From positions 5,828,001 through 5,892,000 of the forward strand of contig NC_134025.1 in assembly GCF_964204645.1 (NCBI RefSeq): 64,000 nt of DNA, written 5' to 3'. Of the stretch, positions 15,001 to 29,000 are shown piece after piece (the stretch's first letter is position 1; every line of letters begins with the position of its first letter). The notes under the pieces are model-generated. The model was given only the letters and a program-made list of their open reading frames with translations. It ran no database searches and had not been told where the DNA came from. Origin of the DNA: Tubulanus polymorphus (lineage: Eukaryota > Animalia > Nemertea). The position numbers were made by a program, and so were the translations under genes.

Positions 15001-18000
15001 TCCCGTGGAAAATGTTCCAGGTAAACATTCAGCCTTCCTTGAAGCTAGAAAATATTAGGAAAGATCTTTTTATTATTTTCGATTCCGATGGAGTTTAATT
15101 TTGTCTCTCCTCAGAAATATTACCTTCAGCGGAAGGACAGTACCATCCAGGCTCACATGCTGTGCAATTCGTCATCTTTGCTTCACTGTATGTGCCTGGT
15201 GCACAACGGTAAGGACCAGATCTAGCTGATGGGCATTCAAAACCTTCGGAACATGCTGTACATATATCTTGACTACCATATGAATAGTAACCAGCTTGAC
15301 AAGCGACCCTATAAAGAAATATTTACGATGATGATAATTTGGCTTGTATTGTTGATCTTATTGTTATGGTGAGCCAATGAACCATTACCTGCTATCAGTA
15401 TCAACAGCAGCACATTCAAAACCAGGAGGACATGGTGTACAACTTGTTTGGTTACCAACTGAGAATGTTCCCTTTGTACAAGGAACTAACGTTTCAGAAT
15501 TTGTTAGTGGACAGGCCACCCCAGCAGGACAGTAAGTACATGCCGATTGGCCCTCAGATGCATACGTTCCAGGTTTACATTCAATCATATCAGCTCCTGA
15601 TGAAGTTGGACATGCATAACCAGCAGGACATGTAATACATGATGTAGATCCTAAAATGATTCATGATTCATGATTAAGTGTCTGGACAGTATGCAAAGCA
15701 AATCGAACATATCAATGAATTCTTTACCAGTAAGTGTATATTGTCCCAAAGAGCATTGTTTAATTCCTGATCCATCTTTACTGGGACACACTGATCCAGC
15801 AGCACAGGGAGTGCAAGAAACAGCATTACCAGTAGAATATGTACCATCAGGACAAGTGAGGACTAGCGCTTGGCTGCAAACAACAAATTAATGATGAATG
15901 GATGAGTGGTGTAGAGCAAATCATAAATCTTTTGCGAATGACACAAAGTTTCTGTAAAAGTTTTTTTTCATGCTTACTCAATTTCGGGGCAATATTTTCC
16001 AGCTGGACATGGGGTACACGTAGTTTGACCATCAATTGAATATGTTCCGGGCGAGCAAGGTGTATTGGTACTGATTTTGTCAACCGATGGACAAGCTTTT
16101 CCAGCTGGACAAATCGAACATGCAGTTTGTCCACTCAAACTCTGATAGCCTAAAGAATATGCAAGGATAATGAAAATGAATCCTTACAGGCATCACATTA
16201 AATAAATGCTTGGCAGTAAGACAGCTTTGAATTCATTTAGAATTTTCATATTACCTGTGGGACATGGTACAGCAGCTTGACCTTTATCAGGACATTTGCT
16301 TCCAGCCGGGCATGTTACACAGCTAGTAGCTGTACGGTCAATATTGTATGTTCCACTTGCACATGGAATTGGTTCCGACCCAATATTTTGACAAGTTGAC
16401 CCTAGGTAGTTAATAAACTTATCCATAAGTTATCTCCTCATAACAAATGTAAAGAGTAAAATATCTCCAATGTAATTTGGTCATTCAGCAGTCCTTATCT
16501 CTTATTTTATAAACTTACCCAGAGGACATGGATCGCATACTGAGCTATTTCCGAGAGAATATGTTCCTGGAGCACAGGTTAGTACATTGATAGTATCTGG
16601 GCAGTATTTTCCAGGCGGACAGGGTATACAGCTAGATGCCCGAGTGCCTGAAGTTGAACCAGTTGGACACTGGATTTCTGCGGCTGCACCCTCAGGACAA
16701 TAATTACTGGCAGTACAACTCGTACAACTTGTCGCTGAAAAGCATAAAAATAGTTGGTACAGATGAATCGCAAAATGTAACTTCCATCATTCAAGTCTAA
16801 TCCTGAAACTTACATCCAGCAGCACTGTATTCTCCAGGGGAACATTTAACAGGCACAGCCGATGTACTGGCACATTTATAACCAGCAGGGCATAGTTGGC
16901 ATTGTGTCCATCCAGGTTTAGAGTAGTAATCTGTAAACATTGAAAAATTCATTTGCAACTACTATAGAACAACATTGATAAATTCATTTGTAACTACTAT
17001 AGAACAATGTGACTGATGTGAAATCTAATGCACATAAAATCTACTTACTAGCAGAACAGGCCTGCTTTGCCAACAATGTAGGGCAGGAATATCCTGCAGG
17101 ACATGTTGTACACACAGCATCTCCTTCCAAGGCATATGTCCCAGGCAAACAACTTGTAGGATCAGTTCTTCGAAGTGAAAATAAATACAGCTTGATTATT
17201 CATAATTTATTAAATGGAAGTTATTTTTTCTAATGAACAATGAAACACTTACGTCGGATCAGTACATTTAACCCCAGCCGGACATGGATAACATGAGTCC
17301 TGAATTCCTTTAGTAATTTCATCTGAAAATACAATCATTGTTAAGAACCAATCTAATATCCCCTTTCGATTTTAATTACATACGTGTAATGAAATTTCAA
17401 AAACTTACTGTTTGGACATTTTGTGCAGAGTATGGCTCTTCTTTTCGAAAAATAACCTCTTGCACAAGGCACAGGGTCTATAGCCTTATTTTTACACTGA
17501 CTACCAGCTGGACATTGATGACACTCAGTAGATTCTAAAAATTATTGATACGTACATTATATCCGAATGTTTGACGAAACACTTCTTTAATATACGTAAA
17601 TATGTACCGGGTATGTGGATTAGTAACGATCATTTTTATAGGTAGGACCATTTTTATAGGTATGTTATAAGTCATATTAGTCATGGTTGATTAATTAAAA
17701 CAGCATTTACACAATGTGAAAAGTGATATAATGACATACGTTCTTTACTGTAGTCACCAGATGCACATGGGGTACAGGTGGATACCCCAGCAGCACTGGC
17801 AGTACCAGCTGGACATGGTGTAGAACTGTTTCTATTTGGACAACCAAATCCTGCCGGGCACTGCGAACATTCAGTCTGACCTTGAAAAATAAATTTAGCA
17901 TCACACCTTCATTGAGCAGTTTAGAACCACAACTTCCCAGTCTAATCTGTTTAGTTATATTATGTGTTACATAAAAACACAATTAACCCATGTCATTAGA

Positions 18001-21000
18001 AACAAAATCTGAGATTTAGAAATCAAGAAATGCATCTAATACCAATCTTTTCACATTCATATTAATTAGTTGAAGGATGCATTTGATAGTTGGCTTTGAA
18101 ATTGAATACAATTCTGGATCTAAATCTTAAATTTTAGAACTTTTTTCATTTAGTTACATGTTCAAACATGTGCATTTAACTTTCACAATACCCACACAGC
18201 ACATAAAATTCAAAAAGGTGTATGATGTATTACAGGGCTTTCTAATGAAATGCAGATTCTATGTTCAATGATGAATTGAAGTCATTTGAGATTAAAAAAA
18301 TCAAATTGTTGTTTATGAGCCTCTTAGACAGCCCTGTAAACACACGGACATTGATGTGCTCAAAACAGTATCTGATGAAAACTCACTTGGATTCGCAGTA
18401 TAATATCCATCAGGACACAAAATAGGATCTGCAGCACCCTTACTAGGACATTTATAACCAGGCGGGCATGATGTACACTCTGAACTTCCTTCAGCTGCAT
18501 AGGTTCCTTTTCCACATTTAAGTGGAGTAGTTGTTCCACTCAAGGCACAAGATTTACCAGGTGGACAAGGCAAACAGCTTTCCGCACCGGATACACTGTA
18601 TGTACCAGGATTACATTTCTGTAATAAAGATTTTGAAGGTGGGAGACCTATGATAAAACCGGCAACTCAGTTACTGATCTTCTATCTCAACGAAACAGCT
18701 ACCTAGAATTACTTACCAAACACGCTTGTGAACTGGTACTTCTTAATTGCGAATTGTAACGACCATTAGCACATTTCGTTTTGGGATTTGAGAAACCAAG
18801 ACAGCTAGAATGATAAGACAAGATTGATATGGAATTCTTATTCAGATTTCTGTTTGAAGGCAATTTATCGCTGAAAATTGATTACCAAGTCGTTTGAAAA
18901 TTAATAAACGATGTATCTCTGCACGTATAATGAGATAAGGATTTAAAACAAAATACATGTATGCAATCACCCAAGAATCGGAACCACATCATTTTGTTTT
19001 AGAAACTCCAGAATCAGGCCCATACATCTTATCTGCTAACAAGAAACACGCACTAGACTATAAAAACATACAAAACTATATCATACAGAATTCATAAGTT
19101 TGTCAACAGAATTTGCAGGGGAATTTAATCTTTAGTGGGATATCGACCACTTGTTTATCAAACCCGCCAGGGAAATAAATACTGGTATATCAATGTGTGC
19201 AGACCTGATTGTGACCACAAAATGGTGAAACCACAGATTAGCATATCAAGGAACTCAAAAAACCGAAATCTATAAATTTCATTTCTTTTCTGAAGGCTGT
19301 TTTATTACAGGATACACTGATAACTTCATATTTAAAGACAACCACACTACATATACAAGGCGTATACACTCTCATGTCATACAGCTATCAAATCCTATGT
19401 CCACAATACTAAATTCTTAAATTATTAATGTTAATATCACACAATCGTTGAGTCAGACCTGAAGGTCTAATTAACTAATGCCAACATTCAGAAGAGGACT
19501 GGCAACATGAAGATTAAATTTTAAAACCTAACAGCGCTGATTGGCATAGCTAGGCCTATAATAGTCAACATTTGCTGAAAGAATGTTTACACAGTTTGAG
19601 TACTGCCTTAAGTCTTAAAGATAATGTAAAGATAAAGATATTAAACTAAAAGAAAATGTACTTTGCCTTAACAAATGCATGGGCGCGATTATATATGAAA
19701 TACTGAATGGCCCTGAACAATAAAACCAAGCTTATAATTTCTTTAAATTGTGCAAAGGTGTTTTTGCAGATTATGCAATCATAAATGAACAACATTGGTT
19801 GATAAAATAAGGTATAACCAACTTAGCTCCATGTATCATATCACTGTCATATTTCAGTATCCAAGCATCTGGAAAACTTTAATCAATCATTTGACTAATG
19901 AACATTATAAATCACGTATGCAGCAATGCCCCATGTATTTTTCAAAATGTGAATGTTTCCATCTGGATTAATCTGCTGTCGATGTTTTGGTTGTTTATTT
20001 TGCCATATGATATTGATTAATTAAGTACATTTATAAACTAATTTGGTAACAACTAAATCGTTTTCACAGCAGCAACTTTCCAATATGGATGTTTTCATGT
20101 CACCATGAATGAATTAAATTGTTTTTCCACTTAAGAATCTAAGAAAATATATAATTCAATCCATATTCCGCCGTAAAATTCAATGAATCATTGAAGCCGA
20201 AGCAGACCATGGATTATAAAATGTTTAATATCAAAATGAATTCTCAAAGGAAAACCTGCTTTCCCTAATCCCATATCTAGAGACACAATAGAACATTGTG
20301 GGAATAAAAGAGTTCCTAATATTACAAACCGGATGAAAAGACCATTTAAAATACGGAAAAAACTGCAATTCAGATTATACTATCTTTCAATAGACTGTAA
20401 TTAGATACTTTGAGCTTGTTAAAGGTGTTTTGAATTGTAATAGATAACATAAAAAAGGATCTATAGACTGTCTTTTTGCCATAATTGCATGAAACGGGGA
20501 ATAGAATAGAACAGAACAAAACCGGTACAGATTGAGAGGAGGTTTAGGAATTAATTCTCTAAAAGAACCATAACACAAAATAACATGGGCTATTAGTCTA
20601 TGGATACCCCATTCAATGGAGATAATGGAAGATTTTCTGGGAGAGGCTTCCAAAATATATCCTAGATCTGCTCTAGATGGAATTAGAATTGTAAAACCAT
20701 TTTTCATACAACTTGACAGGATTGTGGTGCACAAAATCATAAGCCTATAAGATTTTCCTTAGAATTGGCTGAGGACTTGAAATAAGATCTACTTAAGAAA
20801 TTAAACAAATAGTATTTCTGTTCATTGACAGTTCACTGATTTACTTACTAATGTCCGTTCGGACAATCCATACATTTTCCGCTATCGAAGTACTGACCAG
20901 CAGGACAACCACTTACACAATCTACACTACAATCACATACACCACCTACAAAATCATCATTAATCCTAATCAATTTTCAAGGATTCAAGAAGGTTTTGTG

Positions 21001-21686
21001 TTCTACTGTCTGAATTACAGAAAATAAGAACCATAAAAGAACATTTCACATGTAATTGATCTGTTTAAACAAAATTTTTACTAGACGCAATTTGGCCTTA
21101 TTGCTTTTAGTGATAGGCGGTCAAAAATTTCACTTAAGGTCTTGTTTAAAATTTTATCAAGATCTGATACCATTTGAGTATCAGTAATTATTTTGACTAT
21201 AGGATGCCTGATGTCAATAACTGTGGCAATTTATTGACTATTTTCATACCATATACATAAAGTACTGTAGCGTCCTTTCAACCTATGGAGTTATTATTGA
21301 CCATTCTTTAGTTAGAGATTGTGTAAGCATGAAGAATTTATAGCTGTAGTACTGCTTATACTCTGAACAACAAAACTTGGTTTCTATATAAATAAATCAT
21401 CGCGCAGTTACAAAATCAACATCAAACAACAAGATTCAACTTACCAACAGGTTTTATAAACTGCGACCCGCACAGATATAAGATGAACACAATCACAAAA
21501 TTAATAAATCATCGCGCAGTTACAAAATCAACATCAAACAACAAGATTCAACTTACCAACAGGTTTTATAAACTGCGACCCGCACAGATATAAGATGAAC
21601 ACAATCACAAAATTAATTTTCCTTAAGGCAGAAACATCCCACAGCAGACTCCTAAAATATCTCGTTCCAAATTGAGCCATCCTCAT
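1..21686 (-). CDS. Giant multi-exon cysteine-rich repeat protein (GCC2/GCC3 / Ephrin_rec_like-type CPxGxYCP repeats); 3' end lies beyond the left edge
   Basis: Dozens of minus-strand exons encode CxxCPxGxYCPxG...PxPCPxGTY repeats and are separated by short GT-AG introns. Exon 1 (ATG 21686 or 21680 to donor at 21557) gives MRMAQFGTRYFRSLLWDVSALRKINFVIVFILYLCGSQFIKPV, which is signal-peptide-like. It splices in frame to an exon at ~20946-20849 (GVCDCSVDCVSGCPAGQYFDSGKCMDCPNGHY) and one at ~18805-18717 (CLGFSNPKTKCANGRYN...). The product in this window is roughly 3,500-4,200 aa (estimate). Confidence 0.9.
16936..17005. repeat. Intronic 35-bp tandem duplication
   Basis: aacattga[a/t]aaattcatttg[c/t]aactactatagaac occurs twice in tandem with 2 mismatches. 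Confidence 0.85.
21391..21617. repeat. Exact 112-bp tandem duplication spanning the exon 1 donor of the Cys-rich gene
   Basis: 21391-21502 is identical to 21503-21614. Both copies contain the minus-strand donor GTTG|GTAAGT. Confidence 0.95.
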
Positions 21687-21749
21687 CAATTATTTCCCAT
21701 TTTCTGCTCATACAGCTCACAAATATTATATAAATAATAATAAGTACAC

Positions 21750-21762
21750 GTTGTCCAGCAAC
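21750..21762. promoter_or_regulatory. X-box (RFX)-like motif upstream of the Cys-rich gene
   Basis: GTTGTCCAGCAAC fits RYYNYY-N(0-3)-RRNRAC about 65 bp upstream of the ATG. A second match, GTTTTTCATGGCGAC, is at 22137-22151. The motif is degenerate. Confidence 0.35.
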
Positions 21763-22350
21763 GTTCACACAGTTCTACAGATATTAACTGACCACCTTCA
21801 TCGTGCTAGTAGATACACACACAACCACGTCCACGAACAACAATTTCCAGCAATGCAATTGCAAAATTGAATTTGGTTTGTTTTTACTCTCACAGAATAT
21901 CCACTTAAGTTACGAAATTATGTCTTAAGTAAACCGAACAAATCTAGATGTTACGGCTTCACACACGTCAGAACTATATAATATGGAAACGCGGCAAAAA
22001 GTGTCAATGTCATGCATGCAATGGTTTATGTCAAACAGGTTCCTGTAATTTCCGCATGTTCGACCTTGTAGTATTTCCGCATGTAAAAACATGTGCGGCT
22101 TGTGCTGCCGTCTTTTGGTAAATGACTGAACTAAAAGTTTTTCATGGCGACATTTTGAATGGAAAATCACTCAAGCGTGACCATGTTGAACGTAAAATTA
22201 CCATCATCGATAATTATATTGGTCCTGGTTTCGATATTACATATGAGAGGTAAATCATGCTTATGCCAAAATCCATATAGATGCATTCTAGAAGATCTAG
22301 AAATGTGATGATATCATCGTTCAGATGTTCTTACGCCTTGCGGCATTTAG

Positions 22351-25300
22351 GAGCACTTCCAATTCGACCCTCACTTCCCAGAAGAACTTAACCCCATTGC
22401 GGCCTGCGGAACGGACGTAGTTGGCGGGGGCCCCGTTCGCCGCCGGCGTTACTTTATCTTTTTTGGTAGGATCATCAGATCATCAATTAGAAAAGGAAAT
22501 TTTCAAGATGCTTGTTACGATAGAATTACTTCCTTTTTGTAGGATTCGGCACAAAACAGGATTTCTTAACTGTCTCTGAACACGGATCCGTTACAATGAA
22601 GTGCATCTCTTCGAATTCGTCTTCATCAGATCATGAAAACATTAAGAGATTTCAATGGAAAAAAGTAAATATGTTTTATCTTCAAATATAATTTTCTCAA
22701 TGTATTCGAAGATCGAAAATTCATTTCTAGATTTTTAATCTTACAGAATGGTTTATATTTGAACACTTCACGTCTGGGTAACTACCGAATCAGTGCACCC
22801 AGTACTGGTGGTGAAAGTAGACTCATCATAATGCCTATAAGGTGGACTGATGCCGGCCGATACGCTTGTTATACCAGTGGAAAACGAGAAACACACTCCT
22901 CTTCCTCCAGCTCAAATTCAATTTTACTGAAAGATATCGTTCTTAAAGTAGCAGGTAATTTCTGGCAGTCTTCGAAAGATACGCTGCTTTTATCGTTTTG
23001 TCTAGAGAGCATAAACTGGACAGTCAAACTGGTTTTAAAAACTCACTACAACCAAGTGCTATTAATGCTTATCAGGGCCTTGATATGTATAATCATTTTA
23101 CTTTCAGGGCCGCCTCATATTTCACTTCCTTATAAGAAAAGGCAAATCATCAAAGTCTCACCTGGTGGAAAAATTGTGCTGAAATGTACAGTCCATGCAG
23201 GCAACCCACGTCCTCGTGTCAGGTGGAGAAAGAATAAGCAGGTATTGGCGTTATATGGCTAGGTCTTTGGGACTTCAGTCGTCTAGAATAGAAATCGCTT
23301 AGAAAAAAAAACGAAAAATCTTTGTCAATAATGTATTTATCATCAATACTATTTTTTCAAGATTGTTCATGCCAACTTGAACCATTTGATAAATACATCG
23401 CTGACCATATTAGACATTCATCCATCAGACAGCGGTATCTATAAATGTGAAGCTCGTAATCGGTACGGTTTGACTTATTCACAACAACAAGTTGAACTTA
23501 TTGTTGATGGTACGTACATCGGGATTTACTCATCTCGGGTGCAGTCGCGAACAGTAATGAGTATAAATCATCAATAATAATCAAATCATTTCTCTTTCTT
23601 TGAATCATATCTTGTATCATCTGATACGTCTTGTTCTCGGTCAATTATATCTTTTTCGTGTTTAGGCCTGTATTACGGGTCGGCGTTACCCAATACAGTG
23701 ATTGCAATGAAGGGTGCAGATGTGAACTTATCTTGTGGAATTGAAACGACGCGAACCGAACCACCTTCCATCTACTGGTTCAAAGACGCCTCACCATTGA
23801 GATCATTCTGTCACCGTAGTCACAAGTACCATATTACAGAAGCATCATCCCATATTAGCGAAATGTGTCGTGTATTTTGTACACCATATGTCGTTTTTTT
23901 ACAGGAAAAGCTGTCCATCTACGCTGTCTTTAACTAATGTACACGAGAATATGGAAGGTTACTATCGTTGTCTGGGAGAAGGGAAATCAAGGAATTTATC
24001 GCGTACATTCCAGCTAGTAGTAAGAGGTATCTTTCTTTGACCGTGTGATATTGTTAATTCTAATCTGAATCATCCGATTAAAAAACACCTCAATGAACTA
24101 AGTTCCGCAGTAGATTTTACGTTTTAATTTCCAGAGAAAGTGCATCTTGTCAGACAGCTTCCGACAAGGATAACCATCGATATTGGCTCTACGCTAAATG
24201 TCTCCTGTTACGCAGCTGGACGGCCGGCTCCGAGAGTTGTCTGGTACAAGGGCCGGTATGACGTACATAATCATAGCTGGGCAATTATTGGAGAGGATCA
24301 GCTACTTTTCAAAAAAGCAGTTACTATTTCCGACGAGGGTCACTATCGATGTACCGCGAGCAATTATTTGAACAGTCGTTCGCAAACGTTTTTCCTAAGG
24401 ATCAACAGTAAGTCAATGAGGAAATCCATTACTGCAACGGATGACGTGTGTCTGGAAAAGCTACTTTCTGATTTTCACACGCATAACGAATCAATATAGA
24501 TTCTGTATTCATATTTTCGTTCTCGTTATTGTATGTAGAGCCACCGGATCCACCATCGTCACTGTTCTATGAATTAATTCCTAGCAGAAATTCGGCTCAT
24601 CTTCAGTGGAGACCAGGACGAAACGGTGGTGCGATAATCGAAGGGTACTTGATTACTATAACCAGCGAAATTACAATGGAGCAGTGGAAACCGATATTTG
24701 TTAAGTCTTACCAGGTATTAATGCAGGAAATCCGTTCGACGTGCAACCGTTATGATGGAAATCTCCCTTATCTTAAGAGGATGCCTTGCGTGAATTCGGT
24801 CGACGACGTTTCAGCAGTATGGAGGTGCAATCTTAGAAATTACTAAATACGTGTAGAATAAAAGTCGATTCCTTATCCTAATTCTTCTATGCTTTTTAAG
24901 GTTTCTGAAAAAAAAACAACGCAAGGAAAGGTCGTATTTGCTGTCTCTTCCCTCCCCAAATGTAACCAGCAATCCTGTTTTATTTCAGCTGGTGTACACG
25001 ATCAGTCATCTACAACCAAACCAGATTTATTCGGTATTTGTCCAGGTTAGGAATCGACTCGGTTACAGTGAACCGGCTAATATTACAATCGTGACAGGCG
25101 CCGATTACAAAGATGGTATCGTCCAGCCTCAGCCAACCAGTGTGTAACTTCTGACAAATTCGCGATTACGCATATATAAAATTCTGGTATGTAAACATAA
25201 CCTTAGCCCGGAAATTTCAAATTCAATTTTAGTCGCACCTGATGAATCTGAAACTTATAAAAAAGCTCAAGTTTGGATGATCGCTACAGCCTGCGTGTTG

Positions 25301-25616
25301 ACTATATCAGTGGTTTTTCTGGTTGCAAATATTCTCATAACGCTGCATTTTAAACGGAGGAAGAGATCTAGCAGTAAGCCATTCGGAGCATTATCTACAG
25401 TAAAAACTTTTCAGTTCGATCATTTATCAATTTCAATGAAACTTAACCAACAAAAGTCAATTTTCAGGTGTATCTCCTGGTCGAAGTGAACGCGACGACG
25501 ATACAACACGTGACTCGCTGGAAAACCAACAACGACCGATATATACTTATCACAATCCTTCATTCAGAGCCTCATCACCACGCAGTGAGAGAACATCGAT
25601 CTATAATCATTCATAA
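22351..25616 (+). CDS. Immunoglobulin-superfamily type I membrane protein (4 Ig + FN3 + TM + short tail); 5' end uncertain
   Basis: Ig signatures: VTMKC..FQWKK..DAGRYAC; IVLKC..PRVRWRK..DSGIYKC; VNLSC..IYWFK..MEGYYRC; LNVSC..VVWYK..DEGHYRC. FN3: PPDPP..LQWRPGRNGG..YTISHLQPNQIYSVFVQVRNRLGYS. TM: MIATACVLTISVVFLVANILITLHF followed by KRRKR. The last exon (25468-25616) ends ...YHNPSFRASSPRSERTSIYNHS*. No start codon was resolved. Confidence 0.85.
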
Positions 25617-26037
25617 AACTATTAAAAAGACACGTCATTTTGAAATTTTGTACCTTTTACGTTTCTATGCTGGTTTTAATTGTTAATGTTTGGATCAAAA
25701 TGTATTGGAAAATAAATATTAATAATTGAACTGCTGCGATTTTCTGAGTATTTTTGAAACAAGGTTTCTGAATATTCATTAAGGATCACGGACATGGAAT
25801 GAAGTATAGCGGGTATTGGTTGTTCTGCTAATGGGGATTAGACGTTATGTTTGTCGCGAGGTGTCTGGTTAAAAGTGAGAGTCTCGTTTATTAGAGTAGT
25901 ATACTCATTACTGTTCGTGCGCGATAATTCCTGTGCTGTTTGTGTGCGAAGATTTTCACAGTTATCGCATAATTCTGTCCGATCGACGACTCGAGAGAGA
26001 GAGACAACTTGTATATCACACCCTAGTTTCATTTATC

Positions 26038-29000
26038 ATGGATATTGATATTGATATTGATATTGATACTCGGCACGAGAAACGCCAAAACATGAACGAT
26101 AACGATCAACCGGAGTCGACCATAAAAAACGGGCATCATCAGCCTCTGGCGGTTTCGCCGCTGTCATCGTTTGAATGCAGTAAATGGCCCGGATTCGGAG
26201 GTAGGCCGGTTAGTTTATCCGGGATAGAGTTTGACAAGCAATTAGATAGGATTTCACAATGGATAGACAAATGGGACCATGATCAGGTTCGTTTGGTTTT
26301 TATTTTTCCTTATTCTTAAGGTGCAGATAAAATATATGTCAGAAAAATATCTTTTTATATCTAAAATATGATAAAATCATATGCTAAAGTTTACTGTATA
26401 AAAGGAACATGGATTTGACAATTAATTATGAATGATAATCAGCCTAAGTTAATCCCAGTAAATATATAAACGTGTACCCCTCGCTGAGGTCCACATTGAC
26501 CAAGCATTCTGTAACTGCATGTGGCAGAAGGGCTGTTTCTTTGGGCATTCAAACAGATCGAAACCACAACAAATTGTTCCTGTTAAAACATACATTCATC
26601 TATATTTTACTGTCACTATGAAGTATATATTTCATTATGCTTTATTTACCGATTAGCAACTCAATCGAATATGAATTTCCATTTGTTCGAAAATTGGTAG
26701 AAAGAGATTCCCACCAGTAAATATCCCAGTCGTTATCTATGGCTCTTACAGATTGCTGTTAATCCCACGTTCAATTAAGATCAAATATATTGAATTCCAG
26801 AACAATCAAACAGAGAAAGTATTTCGAGACTACTGTGTATTTGTCTTTCGACAAATGACCATTTACACAGATCGTTTGCAAATATGTCGTTGGATTCTCG
26901 AGGCAAATGTTCGAATGTTCTTGAGATTTTTATATATATATGTGATATATCCGAATCTGATACGATTACAAAATCTCCAGATGATTCTGCCTTATTTGAC
27001 ATGCTGGTTTAAATAACCATAAATACCAATGCAAGTGTTTTCAAGATACATCGACAATTGTGATTTTAAATCGGAAAAGTTTATATAAGGAGGAAGGAGT
27101 CAATCGCACTTAATATTCACAATTATACTATGGAATCGAGTCTATACATAAGTATATTTTACACTACTAAAACTGCTTTTCGGTTCGTACATAGGTTTGT
27201 CGTTATGTAAATAGCAGTTTTCCCACGATACGTCCTATTAATGTCGCATTAAGTCGTATTAATTAGTTATGATGGGAAAAGACTACGATTTTTTCTCACT
27301 TCAAAATACCGTTTGGTTATGTGTAACACGCGTCTCTTCTCTTCTACAATATGTATAACGCCGTTACGAAACCGTTCGTTAAAGAAATGCATTCAACTTA
27401 ACTTGGAACATTTTTATATAACATGGTAATCACCGAAAGTAGCTAAGAATTTCGTAGACGAACTGCAAGGTGTGTAGTAGCGATGGAGACATTAACTGGT
27501 ACCGGTGGTTTGGTATATCCTCGCAGACATCATTTCACTTACCTTCGTATACACCTGGCAAAACTATTCTTGAACAAGATAGAACACTCGTATCTGCATT
27601 TCATCTTTCTAGGATCTTCCAGGAGGAAAGCTGCGCTAACTATCGAGACTGAAACAAACTTCAATAGACTTTTCTGAAAGAGTTTCTGGCTTATAGAAGT
27701 AAATCCCAAAAATGTTTGGCGAAAGGTTCTGCATATAACTCCGTGACATTTTACGTCACGGGCTTTGGTCTATGTTAGAAATAGCAAACGCTATTCTTCT
27801 ATCAGATTTCTTTAAAAAAATCCATTCCGGAAAACACCAAGCTACTGTTGGTAGTGGTACGATGCTGGTATAAAAGAGAAGCAGCGGTGGTTCTGAGATT
27901 GGGAGGTCCGGAGCCATTGGACGCTTGCTTATAGCCGGGCAGTTTAGACCTCGTGTCTCTCTACACGGCTGTGTGATGTATCTGTAGATGTCTTGTCTGC
28001 ATTACTTCAGTAATAGATTTCAATATGATTTCGTTCAGTTCCTCCAATGGCGAGATTGACTTCCTTTTTTCATTGTGTCCTCGTCGAATTTATGAAAGAT
28101 GATGACGAGCTGTGACTTGTTTTGTGCTCATCATATATATCCTTTTTTCTTCTATATATTCTTTCTATTATTCATATTTATTGTCATCATTTAGAGGCCT
28201 ATGTGTATATTTCCAGCGGTGTTCAGTGCTGGAACTGCTTATACAACGAAGCGACTATTCACAGATCGAGCTTTTGAACTCAGTAATGTCGCCGGCACTT
28301 CATCGCGACTTCATCTACTCGGCCAGGAAAGATTACCCTACCAATCACTTCATACCTATCAGCACACATTATACACGTAGAATAAAGGTAAACATCATAG
28401 TCACATACAAAAACTCACTTCAAATGATGCATCTCAATTTCTAGAGAAAAATCTTAACGCGAGATAATTATTAAGAATTGGAAAAACATGTCGTTACTAA
28501 ATACATTGCCTATTGACCCACCCACCCCTGAGAATGTATTTCAATTTGATGGATCTGAAATGTTCTCATTCAGGCGAGGCACCCCGTAACAAGTTTCTAT
28601 CGGATGAAAAGTGCGTACCTTCAAGAGATAAAAGAAATAAATATGACCAGTACTGAAAGGTTGCCACAACTTGTACAATCGAAGCGAGTTCGAACAACAG
28701 ACAGGTATTTGTTGAAGTACTTAATATCAATTTCTCTGCACACATAGAAACTTTATGAATTTTTTTATATATTCAATTCAGTGCTGGAAGATCTGATGTA
28801 TCCAGTCAAGATACAGATGTTCAACTGCCGTATATTTCCAGTACAGAGTCGTCAGAAACGACAGACTCATCTGTTAACAACCGAAGCTTGATCGAGGATT
28901 CCCTCAAAGGGCCTGCTTGTCTTAGGTAATCTTTGTCGATATGTTCTTCAAATTGCGCATATAACTTATTCAATTACTAAGAAAATATTTTCTATTTATT

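Noticed and set aside
17630-17662. Short direct repeat catttttataggta x2
   Set aside because: Simple intronic slippage duplication with no further structure.
1-18600. Many overlapping alternative-frame and plus-strand ORFs over the Cys-rich gene
   Set aside because: They are shadow frames of the repetitive exons, with no motifs or splice logic of their own.
20290-20740. 117-aa intronic ORF and an RNSFIPT peptide reminiscent of a LINE ORF2 end
   Set aside because: No RT or endonuclease motifs are recognisable, so the evidence is insufficient.
24027-24035. Donor GTATCTTT resembling a U12-type 5' splice site
   Set aside because: It mismatches GTATCCTT and no convincing U12 branch point was seen.
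26753-27677. Short ORFs in intron 1 of the F-box gene
   Set aside because: AT-rich and motif-free, consistent with chance.
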